A stretch of DNA of 64,000 nucleotides from Octopus vulgaris. Taxonomy: Eukaryota. Shown here one piece after another: positions 38,801 to 53,290 of this stretch; the stretch's first letter is position 1, and every line of letters begins with the position of its first letter. The position numbers were made by a program, and so were the translations under genes. The notes beneath the pieces are model-generated. The model saw nothing but the letters and a program-made list of their open reading frames with translations. It was not told where the DNA came from and searched no databases. Location of the stretch: NCBI GenBank assembly GCA_951406725.2, contig OX597814.1, positions 64,480,001 through 64,544,000 of the forward strand, given 5' to 3'.

Positions 38801-39323
38801 GCTCCAGTAGGGTCGTAAGTCTGGAACTAAAAAATCAGTATAAAATAACCGATATAGCGAGTCCCTTTAAAGAAAAGAGCCTCTTACCTAACCAACGATG
38901 ACAGTATAATGATAAGCTAACATATACGTGTATACATGTGTGTGTGAGAGTGCGTGGATACACACATATCCGCGTGCACGCACACACACACATACATGTA
39001 TTCCCATACATGTATATATATACAGAGAGAGAGAGAGAGAGAGATTCTTATTTTGATTATTCTCCGACAAAGGAAAGGATTTGCACAGCGTTACATAAAT
39101 AGTATTAAAACATTTATTTCTCTGAGCGCATTAGTCCTGGAAGAATTCTGCACTCAGGGAAAAACAAACATATATTTGTAGTACTCAGCAAATATTTTAT
39201 ATTACATATACATTCATACATGCATACTTACATACATGCATAAATACATACATACATACATACGCACATACATGCATATATCTATATATATACACATACA
39301 CACACGCACACGTATACATGTAT

Positions 39324-39378
<55 letters not shown>

Positions 39379-39431
39379 GTATATAAATATGTGTGTTTCT
39401 GTCTATCTATTTCTCTCTCTCTTTCTCGCTT

Positions 39432-39470
<39 letters not shown>

Positions 39471-40611
39471 GTACACATATATAGATGGATGAACATAAAC
39501 CACACCTACGCTGTCAGAATACTACGTTATATGAATATGATATTTATGTATGTGTGCGTGCTTATAAATCACACCTACAATGTAAGATTACTGCATTATA
39601 GTCATATAGTGTAAACGCTATTTGTATAACATTTTGTATTATTCGGATTTTGTAAGACTTATTTAATAGAGCATGAAATTGCTCAGTTCCTTGTCACTCT
39701 ATTACATGTTTTATACCTTTTATCTATTTGTCAACAAAGAGCGCTTTGTATCGTCCTGAAATAGTTCAGAGGGCGTAGAATTTTAAGAACGTATATTATT
39801 CAGGCAACGCTTTCAGTCTAAATCGAACAAAATCCTCAATACGTGGTTGACCAAGCGAAATTTATCATCAACAACTTTTGAGATACGTACATTGTACCGC
39901 AGCTAGTGAAGTATAACTCTCTAAGTAGTTCGTTCAATCTCGTTGTTTACAGGAGTTGTTGATGTTATGTTGCTCCAGGTCAGCTTTGATCGAACAGACT
40001 AATTAGACAAGTTCTAGCTGTGATAATGTCCACTTTTATGAGATATCAAGGGTAGTGTTCTTTACTGGAACCATGAATCTCGAAACACATAAATCTTTAA
40101 TTATTTCTATTTATTATGGGCACATAGCCTGAAATTTTGGGAGACGGGCTAACTGGTTACAACAACCCCAGTGTTCAACAGGTACTTATTTTATTGGCCT
40201 CGAGAAGATGAAAGGCAAAGTCTATCTGATTGGATTTTAAGCTTAGAATGTAGAGACGAGCGAAAAGCTGACAAACTGAGTTGTCTAGAGTTTCCTACTT
40301 CATTTAAGACAGTAGCGGGCGGTTTGAATGATATTTGGTTGCCGCTTTTAGCAAAGCAAACGGCCTCATAGAAGTTCCCTTACAGTCTTGTAAAAAAAAT
40401 AGGTAATAAGAATAGCAACATCTCATTAGTGTCGAGAGTTCAACAACACATTTAACCTCGTTTTGCATGTAGAGTCTGTGTATATCGGAGTGAGGAACAG
40501 ATCGACTATTTTCTCCTGGTTTTATGAACATTGAAGAGCTGAAGAATAAAAAAAACATAGAATCTAGTCATGTGCGAGTATTTTGGTACAAGCTATTCCA
40601 AATATATATAT

Positions 40612-40662
<51 letters not shown>

Positions 40663-40750
40663 CAATACTTTTATAAACTTATTAACACACAAACATACAC
40701 ATGCACACACACACAAACACACACATACACACATACACACATACACACAT

Positions 40751-40783
<33 letters not shown>

Positions 40784-40842
40784 AATATTTTTGGTTGTAA
40801 AATATGGAAGCAATATTTACATGCTACAATTTATAGCTTTAT

Positions 40843-41060
40843 GTAAGGCGACGAGCGGACAGAACAATTAGCATGCCGGACAAAATATCTAGTGGCTTTT
40901 CGTCCGTCTGTACGTTCTTTAGATCAAAATCTGCTGTGGTCGATTTTGCCTCTCATCCTTTTGGGGTAGATAAAATAAGTACCAGTTAAACTTAGAGAGT
41001 CGTTGTGATCGACTAGCCCCTCTCCCAAAATTCCAGTTCTCGTGCCCATAATAAAAGGAA
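40843..41060 (+). mobile_element. SINE family A
   Basis: taaggcgacgagcggacagaac...gtcgattttgcctctcatccttttggggtagataaaataagtaccag. Confidence 0.8.
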
Positions 41061-41104
41061 TTATGGACTTATATGATTCGCGATTCATATATATATATAT
41101 GTGT

Positions 41105-41141
<37 letters not shown>

Positions 41142-41204
41142 CATGTGTGTGTATATATACATACATATATACACTTTTATCTATCTATACATCTATCTAT
41201 CTAT

Positions 41205-41452
41205 GTTAAAATTTCCACTCATTTAATTATTTATTTTTCTAAAATTTTCAATAGTTGTTGACTCGCTTTTCAATAGTTGTCGAGAGTCGACAGCTATTGA
41301 AAAGTTTGAAAGAAGTAACACAAATTTTAGAAAAATGTGAGTGTGTTAAATTATAAGGCACTAAAGGAGAATGACTCACCCCAGACACAGCAGAATATGC
41401 TTCAAGACACGGACTCACATAAAGAATCTTGCAAACCAAATCCCAAAACGAA
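41205..41452. mobile_element. Third copy of the foldback family (centre plus right arm)
   Basis: Centre ttttcaatagttgtcga-gag-tcgacagctattgaaaa; arm gtgtgttaaattataaggcactaa...cacataaagaatcttgcaaaccaaatcccaaaacgaaa matches 15950-16060. Confidence 0.8.
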
Positions 41453-41457
41453 ATATG

Positions 41458-41531
<74 letters not shown>

Positions 41532-44130
41532 AATGTGTGTGCGTATGTATGTTTGTCAGTGTCTCCTCGTTTCTCTCAGTGAATCATCTACATTTCACTG
41601 TGAGAAGTAACATGGTAGAACCCTCACAGCGTCGCTATCACCCGAAATGAAGAAGGCTTGAGCAAAAGGCTAGCAGCCACTTTTCTAGAAACTTGATTTC
41701 CTATTGATCAGAATAGTGCAACACTGAACGGTGATGATACACGCTCATACACATATGTGCGTGTGGTGTACACGAGCGTGTGTGTGTGAGTGTGAAATAT
41801 GCGTGCTTATGAATATATGAAGTTTTATGCTCTACTTAAATCTAAGTTCTTGTGTTCAGTAGATGATTCTTAAGAAATAAGTCAGCTGCCAGTGCAGGGG
41901 CAAGCGATGGGAACAGTAACAAGAATGTAAAGCCACCAGCAACACTATTCAAGCACGATGAACAGGTTAATGACGTCACGAAACTGTCTGATGACGATGA
42001 CAATGTCATTGACGACAATGGTGGAGAGGATGACGTTGATGATAATTACATTGATGATGGCATTTGTGTATGTATGTATGTGTGTGCGTGTATATATACG
42101 TACACTCATTTATGTGTATGTATAGATACATTCACTTACGCTCACGCACACCCACACCTATATAATATATATATATATAATGTATGTATTGAATATAATT
42201 TATGAGTGTTGAATGGAGTATATATGCTTTTCTGATAAGCTCTTATTGTTGATGTTGTTATATCGTTTGCACTCGCCATCATTTACTGTCATTACACCAA
42301 TCACGCACTTCAGATAAATTGTTAGCACTTTTGTATTTTCAAGTACTCGTCGTTTGATGTGCCACCTTTATCTCATGACTTTAAGTTAAGGAAGATTTAG
42401 TTGCTATCTCTAACAGGTCGAGCAACTGTGTAGTAGCTGCTGCGCTGCCCCCAGATCTCTTTGACTCTCGACTTTTATGATTTATGAATATATACTGCAA
42501 TATTCAGTCGGTTTACTTTAAGCTGTCTCTCGCGTTATGCACTTCGTTCTACACATCACTGACGACATAGTTGCTAGAAATATAAGCTTTCTCCGATCAG
42601 CGGATCCCGTCATAGGGGACCATGTGATATGGTAAATCATCAAGCGGGCTGCACTACCCATAGATTGGAAGGTAATTTTTCGTTGGTATGTCATTTAGAA
42701 AGTTCTGCGGCCCGCAGTTTGCCCACGACTGTAGTAGACTATGTATCTGCATCTGGGGCGTTCTGCTCTAGGACGGAGACTTGTGCATGGTTTACCTATG
42801 CAAAACGAGCTGTTGCCCAGATTGTAACACTCTCCACGGCACTGATATTGTTCAATGGAAAGCAAGAGCCGCTGCATCTTTGTAGTTGCGTCGTTGCAGG
42901 CTCACCAAGAACATAAAGAGTTGGAACAAATAACGTAAGTCACTGACCAATTCCAATAATTTCCTCCATTTACCGTACTTTTACTATCTTATTTTCATCG
43001 ACGCCAGAGGGATGACATCTAAAGTCTGTTACGACCATATTGGACCTTGTGTGTTTTTGTGTGTGTGTGTGTGTCTGTGTGTGTGTGTCTCTCTGTGTGT
43101 GTGTGTGTGTGGCTGTGTGTGAGTGAGTGTGTGTGTGTGTGTGCGTACGCGTATGAGCATTTGTATTTGTCTCCCATATCACTCGGCAAACGGTGTTGCT
43201 TTCTTTACGTTCTCGTAGACTAACGGTTCGGCAAAAAAGAGGATCAATAGAATAAGTCCGGGTTCGATTTAATCAACTAAATCCTTGAAGGCTGTGCCCC
43301 AGTATGGCCGCAATCCAACAACTGAAACAAGTAAACGATAAAAGATAAAAGATTAGTAACATTACAACATAGACATTTCGTCCTACGCTCTAATGATTTT
43401 GCCAGGCCTACACCATTGTTGAAAATAAACTACTGACACAGAAGATTAAACCCTCCTGCAGTCAACATAATATGACTGAAATCGAGCAGCAAACCTTAAC
43501 AGTTTTCTTAGAAAACAATTTTATTACATTAGAATAAATACTTCTTTTCAGTACCTAAAGATTCTATTGCTATAGTAACCCGCAACAAGACAGGAAAGAA
43601 GCACAACGATATAACAAAATTCCTTACAACACACAACATAAGACATTGTGTTGTAGGACAGTATCCTGGTATAAGTTTTCGCAACCATCTGTGCTAAAAA
43701 GGGAGTTTTGATTGCACCCCACACGGGCCATTCTACCAATTGGCATGGAGTCACACGCCAACACAGTCACTCTCACTTTCTCCCAGCATTAACTTTTTTT
43801 CTCTGGTTCTGGTCTAATGACCCCACCCCATATTTATTTTCCTTCGGTTTCCTTGTATGTCTTCACTGTCCTGTTTTTGTTCCTAACTTTGACCTTCCAT
43901 AATCCTAAATTTTATTTTAGAATTTATGGGAGCAACTGTCTTTGGTGACTCATATTTTCGTTGAATGCTTGAAATGAGGAGTAGATAGACAGCCGACAAC
44001 TGATGAAGGGTCCTTACTCTGTGTTTTCTTTTCCTGTTTTCTATTTTTGCCTCTCGTTGTTTGCCTTTTTAACTGTTTGTTTACGTATTTCAAGTTGTTT
44101 GCACAGTTGATGACGTCCTGTACCCATATA

Positions 44131-44168
<38 letters not shown>

Positions 44169-44836
44169 CGAGTGTGTATGCTTGTGTATAAAAATTATAT
44201 TAATTGCGAAGATATACATTCCTCTTAAAACGGATGTTAGCATATATATATATATATATATATATACATGCATACATACATATATACATACTAGTCTTAT
44301 GTCACTGTTATGCAGGCACAGTCGATTAACTTGTCCCCTTGTCATCCATATTGTGTCCAGCTAAAGCCTACGCTTCGCATCAGCCAATCCTAACTCCCAA
44401 GAACTATGACTTCTCGTATTCTTTCTATATGCATTCTGTTCTTGTAGACGTCCACTTGCAGCTGCTTAAAAGGAACATAACATGCATCGATCTAACTCGC
44501 ATCGTAGTCTTGTATATGCTTTGGGCACATATTCATTCAAATCAAAATAAAAGCTCTTTTTTGGTATGGCTAAATTGTCATACTTTTCTTTCCAAATTTT
44601 CAGTTTCAAGCTGAAGAACATTTTTAATCAACACACAGTAAAAGGGTGTGTGTGTGCGTGTATGTGTGTATGTGTGTGTGTGTATGTGTGTGTGTGTGTG
44701 CGTGTGTGTATTTCCCCCTTTATTGCTGTTAGTATTAACCCCAACTCATAACTACTTACAACTTGCTATACTCCATCACAATGATCGTCGCCCTCGTCGC
44801 TCACATCATCATTGTTAACGTCATCATCGTCACATT

Positions 44837-44837
<1 letters not shown>

Positions 44838-44874
<37 letters not shown>

Positions 44875-44890
44875 CCACCATCACCTCCAC

Positions 44891-44933
<43 letters not shown>

Positions 44934-45023
44934 GTCATCATCATCGTCATCATCATCATCATCGTCATCATCACTAGAACGACTAACAACAGTAGCATTA
45001 TTTTCGGGACGAATATAACCTAT

Positions 45024-45070
<47 letters not shown>

Positions 45071-45090
45071 TGTCGTCGTCGTCGTCGTTG
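44838..45090. repeat. (ATC)n and (GTA)n arrays
   Basis: Direct inspection. Confidence 0.9.
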
Positions 45091-45939
45091 TTGTATTTGT
45101 TTTCATGTTTTGTGTAGCACTGCTCGAATCTGGATGGAGTTCATGTATGATCGAAGGGTTCTAGTCAAATGACTAGTTTGTCTCTTACTCAGACTTCGTG
45201 CTTATATCTGAGACTACTTCACTCAGAATATCCAGTATCGTTTTAAAAAGGTAAGATACGATTTGAGGCAGATGGAATTTACTATTTCATGGCGGTTCCG
45301 CAACTGGAAGGTAGCCCTTAAGAAATACCTCGATTACAAGTGTTATTGTTGTTTAATCGAAAGTAACCCTTGATCAAAGAGACCAATAACGAAAAGCATT
45401 TTAGTCATGGCCAACACGATTTACGAGTGCCTTGACCAACACCGATGCGACAGTTCATTTTCTCAGAGGATAGGGCTTGATTTGAGGGTATTTTGCCCCA
45501 TTTTCTATCGACTTGAGTGACTATGTAAAAGCTCTCTAAGTGTTAGTAAAAAACAAAACAAAACAAACAAAAAACAAATGAAAAATAACAAAAAGTGCTT
45601 TAATACAGTGGTTTACAGTCATTTGTAATATATATTAAGACTTAACCTAAGGGTACTGGAAAATATTTTGCAGGCTTGGCACTTTGTTCTTTAGACATCG
45701 CCAGCGTGGGAATTCCGAGTATCAAGCATGAGTCAGACTGAGCACGGAATCTGATAAAGTAAATGTATTTCTTTACTTATTCAAACGAAAAATCTTCTAA
45801 TTAATCGATCAGAGGAAGATGGTTCATGACACTTTTTCTTTCTGCAATATGTATGCATATATAGATATACATACATCCTGAAATGCTTATATAAATATAT
45901 ATACATATACATACATACATACGTACACATATATATATT

Positions 45940-45980
<41 letters not shown>

Positions 45981-47030
45981 GTGTGTTTATGTATGTATGT
46001 ATGTATGCATGTATGTATGTGTACGTGTATATGTGTAGATATAGATAAAGATATATATATAGGTAGACAGCTATATAAATAGATATATATATATATAGAT
46101 AGATAGATAGGCATACATCCTAATATTTGTGTATGTGTATATATACATATACATATATATACACACACACATACTGTATATGTATAACGTGCAGCACACG
46201 ATCACAGTTATATGTGTGTGTATGCATGTGTATTGTATGTTTGTACGTACGTATGTACGAATTTATGTATGCATGTATGTTGGTACGTACTTATGTATGT
46301 ATGCATGTATGTATCTATGTATGTACGATGTATGTATGCGTGCACGTATCTATGTATGAATATCTATATATGTTTTGTCACTGAAGGCATATGGTTCGAA
46401 ATCTTGCTTGTCCCCTATGTAAAATGAGGTAAGCGATAAGCAGAGATTTACAGATTTAAAAACAATATCTTTCACAAACTGAGGAAGTAAAGATATTTTT
46501 CTCCTCAAAAATTAAGAGAATTCAACACAGTTGCTAAAATCGCAAAGACATTTTTTTTGTAAATCAAAATCTGAGTATGAATATTAAACCGAATACTGAA
46601 TATACTGAATATACACCGATACTGAATATACAAAGTAAATTATAACACACTCAAATGCACATCTAGCCAAATCAGTTCGTACAAATAACATATACGTATT
46701 AACGTGTGTGTGTATGTGTATTTGTGTGTGTGTGTATTTATAAAATAAACCATTACACATGTTTCATTTACTAATAAGAATGACAAAATTATATATGTTG
46801 GCTAAACGAGTAATAAATTTCCTACTGGATTATAGTACTGGAATAAGTAGATATGCTTCAAGACAATACAGCTTCTATTTTTTTTCTTTGCCTACATAAT
46901 TATTTATATACGTCTATATCTTGTTTCAGTGATTTAGACTGCAGCCATGCTGGGGCACCATCTCCAAGAATTCAATTCATCTCAACACTCAATTCTTGTC
47001 GGTCCATTCAGTATTTGTATTTGTGGTGGT

Positions 47031-47069
<39 letters not shown>

Positions 47070-47239
47070 AGTGGTATAATGTTGGTGAAGGTATTTGGTG
47101 ATTAATGAGATTTAAAAAATGTTTGGGTGTTTAAAGTCACAGCTACCTAAACTGAGCATACCTATGATCAAAGATATGTATATTGAGGGATATGTGTATT
47201 GCAGGTTATGCACAAATGTGCGTATTTAGACAGTAGTTT

Positions 47240-47830
47240 GAACATAACAAATAGTCTTGTTGAAATCTCCCTTTCGAATCAAGAATGACAGAACAGCGAT
47301 ACCTTCAGAAAATTGGATTGACATTTATGGTTTCAGCATAGAATTTCAGTTGAGACAAAGTTTAAGTTTTTAAATACTTCAGATCTGTCTTCGTTGCTAT
47401 AAGCATGTGAAATTTGGGTTTCTTACCGGAGGCATATCACAAGGCTGGAGTGATTTCATGAACAGTGTCCTCGCCTTAAGTTCGACAAGTGATGGCAAAT
47501 GAACGTAAGAAACGTTTAAGTCTTCGAACGCAGTCAGTCGCTGGTACTTAAATACTGCAAATCTCTATTACTTTAGCAACGATAAGAATGGAGAGGTTAT
47601 GTTCTCAGGATAGAAAACGATCGGATCTTTAAGGAATTTCTGTACGGAGAGTTAGTCCAGGATAAGAGATCGGTGTTCAAACGAAAAGCAAGATATAAAG
47701 GCGGCATCAAGCATATACTAGAGAAGGCCGAAATCGTGGAAAATGGAAGAGTAAACCTCGCATTTGATTGTTTATAGAAAACAGCATGACTGGAGGAGGG
47801 AATTCAGATTAAATCGTATCGAGAATGAAA
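47240..47830 (+). mobile_element. Decayed RTE-clade LINE 3' fragment
   Basis: LWFQHRISVETKFKFLNTSDLSSLL*ACEIWVSYRRHITRLE*FHEQC and RIENDRIFKEFLYGELVQDKRS match recalled RTE motifs LLYGCETW...LE.FH.RCLR and R.PK.LLYGEL..GKR. Confidence 0.75.
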
Positions 47831-48488
47831 AGATCAAGCGAATTGTTCATATGGGTCATCTTGTCTTAGTAAGTTGGGATGCAATCTGATTTAGCATGTA
47901 GCCTGTCTATATAAACAAGGTTGGCCCTAGAGTTCATTAGAGAACCAACATCCAAAGGAAGTTGGCAATTAAGCATATAGGGAATCCCTAGTTGTTGGGA
48001 TTGTGGAAAGTATGAAATGCCCTATGATGGTTCACCAAAACAATACCGTAACATCCTCCATTGTCAAACATGTGCAAAAGAGTATAACTCAACGATAGTA
48101 TTGAACAGACGCATCTGTGCTATTCATGTTTAAGAAATCAAGCGATAGTATATACGTGTATATATATATGCAGTTAACCATATATAATATAGGAATATAT
48201 AATACAATGATATCAAACCGATGTAAAACATGCTATCTTAAACATAGCATATTCGCGCTAGTATACATACACACACAGACATATGTATGTGTGAGTGTAT
48301 GCGTGTATGTGTGTGTGCATGTACGCATCATCGCGCATAGGATTTCATTGTGAATTTAGATTCACTTTCACTTTTTTGTTAAATATGGAGCACACTCGGT
48401 GAATGGAAGCGCCGATTAGACGCACGAACATAGAGATTGCGATGTTCATATGTGCCAAGTTATAAAATATGTATATACACACACACAT

Positions 48489-48568
<80 letters not shown>

Positions 48569-49072
48569 TCACACACACATATATATATATATATATCTGT
48601 ACACGTATGTATGTGTTCATGTATGTATATATATATAATACAATCGTGTTATCCAGGCTAATGCTAAGTCTAAATCCCTTACAAAATGCAGAAATAAGAT
48701 CCATAAGAATGTATCTTCTACTATATAGACAACTAAGTTGCAATCATTCGTATAAAGGAATTCACGAATAAAAGATCGGAAAATTTTCGTATTTGCAACA
48801 AATCGGTGTAAGCTGGAGAGTCAAGAAGCTCCGCATACCACATATATTACAGAAGTGCAATGAAACATCAGTGACAATGATAGTAAAATACAAGGAAAAG
48901 AACTTGTCTCACTATGTTACCACCGACACTGACCTATATTTCCATTCCATCGTTAAATGATATAAATTTCGTTACAGATACCCGGACAAACAAGTTCGCC
49001 GACAATTTTCCAAGGTGTCAAAATCTTTCCGCAATTCAATGGAAACCATGTTCAGTCCCACTGCGTGACAGC

Positions 49073-49790
49073 TTTTCTAAGCCATTAGGGTGCGTTTTGA
49101 AGTAAACTTGACTGCTATTGCTAGCAACGTAGAAGACCACATTAAAACTCTTTAGCGATACTCCTACTGAGTTAACTTCTGTAGCTTGCTTGTGATGATG
49201 ATGAAGATATGAATGGAGATGATAGCGGTATCTCAATTGCTGCTAATGTTAAATGCGTAGTACTGTGAAGTTTTGAAGGATGTTTGGAGTTGAATTAGTT
49301 ACAGTAATGTTGTTGCTGGTGGTGATATTATTGTCACTAATGTTGTTGCTACTACTGCTGCTGCTGATAATGATGATGATGACAATGAGGATGACCGTCT
49401 GGCGGTGGCGGTTGTGGTGGGTGGCTGTAGTATAGGGTAAGTTAGGCCCTTGAAGTGGGCAGTCAAGTAGCTGAATGGCCGCTTGTAAACAATATGCATT
49501 ATTGGCTATCTAGTTGGCTAGTTGGTGTGACCTTCTCTTTAGTCATTAGTCAGCATTGACTGAGCAGACTAACGATAAACTGGTTATACTACTACAATTC
49601 ACAAAGTATTTAAACAATTTTAATACAATTCCTAATAATATTAATCATAAAAATATAATAGAAAGTTTTAAACATCAAATGGCTATGAAGGATCCCACCT
49701 CGAGTAAAACTGGAATAAAAGGGGTCGATAGGTTGAGAACCACTGATTTAGTAATTCCCTCTTTAGCTCGAGTTAGCTAGTTGCAGTTGT
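49073..49790 (-). repeat. Left copy of a local inverted duplication
   Basis: 49073-49579 is the reverse complement of 51695-52185; 49580-49790 is the reverse complement of about 50195-50400 plus 51467-51487. Confidence 0.92.
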
Positions 49791-50669
49791 TTGAAATACA
49801 TTATTGTTTGAAATACTCTATTTCCCAAACTATTTTTGAAACTTAATTTACTCCATGGTGTTGTGGAAACATGAATTCACAAGGAAGACGCATCAGTTTG
49901 GAAACATAATTTCCACTTGAATATCGTGCCAGGTTATGGTTGTGTTGGATCGCGAATCCAGCATCCAACTGTACATGTAATGACAACATCTACCGTAAAG
50001 CGACATCTGTATGGGCTTCTTCCAGTTTGCATCTACCAAATCCACTCACAAGTCTTTGGTCGGCTTGGGGTTATAGTAGGAGACACTTGCCCAAGGTGTC
50101 TCGATTTATTCAACTAAACCCTTCAAGCTTGTGCCCCAAAATGGTCTCTGTCTAATGGCTTAAAGAAAAAAAAAGATAAACGATGCAACCAGTTAACAAG
50201 CAACCAGTTAACTCGAGCCAAAGAGGGATCTTCTAAATCAGTAGATCTCATTTTTTTTTTATCTGTGGAACTCTTTGACTGCGATTTTATTCGGAGTGGG
50301 GTCCTTGATAGCTATTCGATATTTTTTAAAACTTATTATATTTTTATGCTTAAATATTATTAGGAATTGTATAAAAAATAGTTTAAATATTTTGTGTATT
50401 ACTCTTTTACTCTTTTCCTTGTTTCAGTCATTTGACTGCGGCCATGCTGGAGTACCGCCTTTAGTCGAACAAATCTTTGTAAGCTTAGTACTTATTCTAT
50501 CGGTTTCTTTTGCTGAACTGTTAAGTTACGGGGACGTAAAGACACTAACATCGATTGTCAAGTGACAATGGGAAGACAAACATAGACACGCAAATATACA
50601 TACATACTTACATACATACATACTTGCCGATTTTGTTTCTCCGTCTTCCCTTCTTTGGACTTTTTCTAT

Positions 50670-50704
50670 ATTTCTGGTGAAGAGCTCCGCTCGAAACGTG
50701 AAAT
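50670..50704 (+). ncRNA. Degenerate minimal hammerhead motif
   Basis: attt-CTGGTGA-a-GAGC tcc GCTC-GAAAC-GTG-aaat; core and NUH triplet are mutated. Confidence 0.55.
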
Positions 50705-50897
50705 CCTCTTTTCTTTCCTTTCCTGAGCATCCAATAACACTGTACTTATTCTACGTCCCGATATATATATATATGTATATATATATCAGTTGAACATCGT
50801 TAAAACATAGTCTGGTTTTCATGTTTTTTATTATGGTGCTTTAACAAAATTAGTGCTGTCATCTTAAACATCACGGTTTTGCCAGGCGTACTGATAT

Positions 50898-51212
50898 TAC
50901 TCTTTTACTCTTTTACTTGTTTCAGTCATTTGACTGTTGCCATGCTGGAGCATTTATTCTATCGGTCTTTTTTGTCGAACCGCTAAGTTTTGGGGACATA
51001 AACACACCAGCATCGGTTGTCAAGTGATGTTGGGGGGGGACAAATACAGACACACAAACATATACATACACGTACATATATATATGGGCTTCTTTCAGTT
51101 TCCGTCTACCAAATCCACTCACAAGGCTTTGGTCGGCCCGAGGCTATAGTAGAAGACAATTGCCCAATGCGGTTGGTAAGCAAGCTACTTACCACACAGC
51201 CTCTCCTACGCC
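50898..51212 (-). mobile_element. SINE family B
   Basis: Reverse complement of the family B consensus from tail to head. Other copies at about 30530-30740, 33236-33352, 37628-37785, 43160-43352, 50399-50600, 56721-57002, 62142-62298 and 63265-63625. Confidence 0.85.
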
Positions 51213-51694
51213 TATGTAACTTGTTTATACTTATTAATCCACATCATTAACTGGGTGGTATATTATTGCTGTTATTTACGTTCAGAACAAGGTTGAACAT
51301 TTTAATAAACCGTTTTCCTTTCACGTTTCTTTCAGCCTCACTTATGTCATGTAAGTTGTGCAAAGGAAAAATTAGAAACATTTTCTGACCACATGTCTCT
51401 ATATGTTCGCTCAATGAAATTTGGTGAACATTGGTGTTCCGGATTTCTTATCACACATCCACGCCTGTAGAAGTATTACTAGTTTATTAGAGACATATTT
51501 TAACAACAAAATCTTATATGGACCCCCACAAGGGACATATGGACCCCGGTTGGAAACCACAGTTCTAAATAGTAGCTTACCATGGTAAAAATAATCGCCA
51601 AATCTCTACCAGATGATACCTTCGAGTCTTGAAAAGGAGTGTCATGTATACAAAAGCACAAAATAAAGACAGGATACTCATAGCCGGAACGCTA

Positions 51695-52185
51695 TTTATC
51701 GTTAGTCTGCTCAGTCAATGCTGACTAATGACTAAAAAAAAAAGATCACACCGACTAACCAACTAGATAGCCAATAATGCATATTGTTTACAAACGGCCA
51801 TTCAGCTACTTGACTGCCCACTTCAAGGGCCTAACTTACCCTATACTACAGCTACCACCACCACCACCACGCTGTCTCTGCCACCAATGTCATCTTCATC
51901 ATCATCATCAGTAGCAACAACATTAGTGACAACATCACCAGCAACAACATTGCCGCAACTAATTCAACCCCAAACATCCTTCAAAACTTCACAGAACTAC
52001 GCATTTAACATTAGCAGCAATTCTGATACCGCTATCATCTCCATTCATATCTTCATCATCATCACAAGCAAGCTACAGAAGTTAACTCAGTAGGAGTATC
52101 GCTAAAGAGTCTTAATGTGGTCTTCTACGTTGCTTGCAATAGCAGTCAAGTTTACCTCAAGACATACCCCACTGTCTTTTAAAAG
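51695..52185 (+). repeat. Right arm of the local inverted duplication
   Basis: tttatcgttagtctgctcagtcaatgctgactaatgac...gtcaagtttacctcaagacataccc pairs with 49073-49579. Confidence 0.92.
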
Positions 52186-53207
52186 AGCACATAGAACATA
52201 GAATAATGTGGCATTAGGGTTCACTCTGTAGAAATGATATGATGTACACTACTGGGGCATTTTTAATCATAACTGACCTTGAGCATAAATAAATGATGGA
52301 AAAAAACAGTAACTTCATCACTAATGTCAACAACATCATCTGCTCCGCCAACACTTACATCACTCCAACTGAAGCCTCGCCATCGCCACTGCTGATACCC
52401 CTCCATCATTAACAACAACAACAACACCAACTATAATACAGCCAACGTCGCCAACAGCATCACAACAACTATCACCACCATCAACCCGTACACCACCACC
52501 ACCACCATCATTACTACTATCATGACCACCACAAACAGTAACGCCACAACCACTACCACCATATTCATTTTGAACGTCGACATCAGATATTCATCCTTCT
52601 CCAACTACTATAGCCCAACCTCTTCTTTGCATGAGTATAACAGCATCCGGTGCAGTCCTCCACCCCAACCAGGTCTCTTCTGTTTGAAGAGGCTCTACGG
52701 CTGGTGTCTCCCATCTATGAAGGAAGTAAAAGAACTTGAAATCTAATAGACAGACCTACATTTGTGTCCTAATGACCTGGCAACTTGATCTTTCTCTCCC
52801 GTCTTCTTCTTCTTCTTCTTCTTCTTCTTCTTCTTCTTCTTCTTCTTCTTCTTCTTCTTCTTCTTCTTCTTCTTCTTCTTCTTCTTCTCTATTTTACGCA
52901 GTTGCTTTCTCTTTGGTTTACTTCTACTTAATTCAACATAGTCATCGTTATCGTCGTAGCTACTGGTTTGTTGTTGTTGTTGATTAGCCTCAGATCATTC
53001 GTGGTCGAGTAAGCTTATGATCAAAGGCTTTCCAGCCATGACTAATCCGCTTTTTTACATATGAAGAGCTATATTGTTACTGTATTTAGGGATGATCATT
53101 TTCCTAACAAACTTACATGCGCTGGTTATATTTCTCTTCTTCTTTTTCTTCTTCTTCTTCTTCTTCTTCTTCTTCTTCTTCTTCTTCTTCTTCTTCTTCT
53201 TCTTCTT

Positions 53208-53237
<30 letters not shown>

Positions 53238-53290
<53 letters not shown>

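Larger units (their letters stand above)
50239..51562. mobile_element. hAT-type MITE with nested SINE B copies and a hammerhead-bearing fragment
   Basis: 8-bp TSD TTCTAAAT (50231-50238 and 51563-51570); termini cagtagatctca and ttggaaaccacag; interrupted between about 50400 and 51466. Confidence 0.8.
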
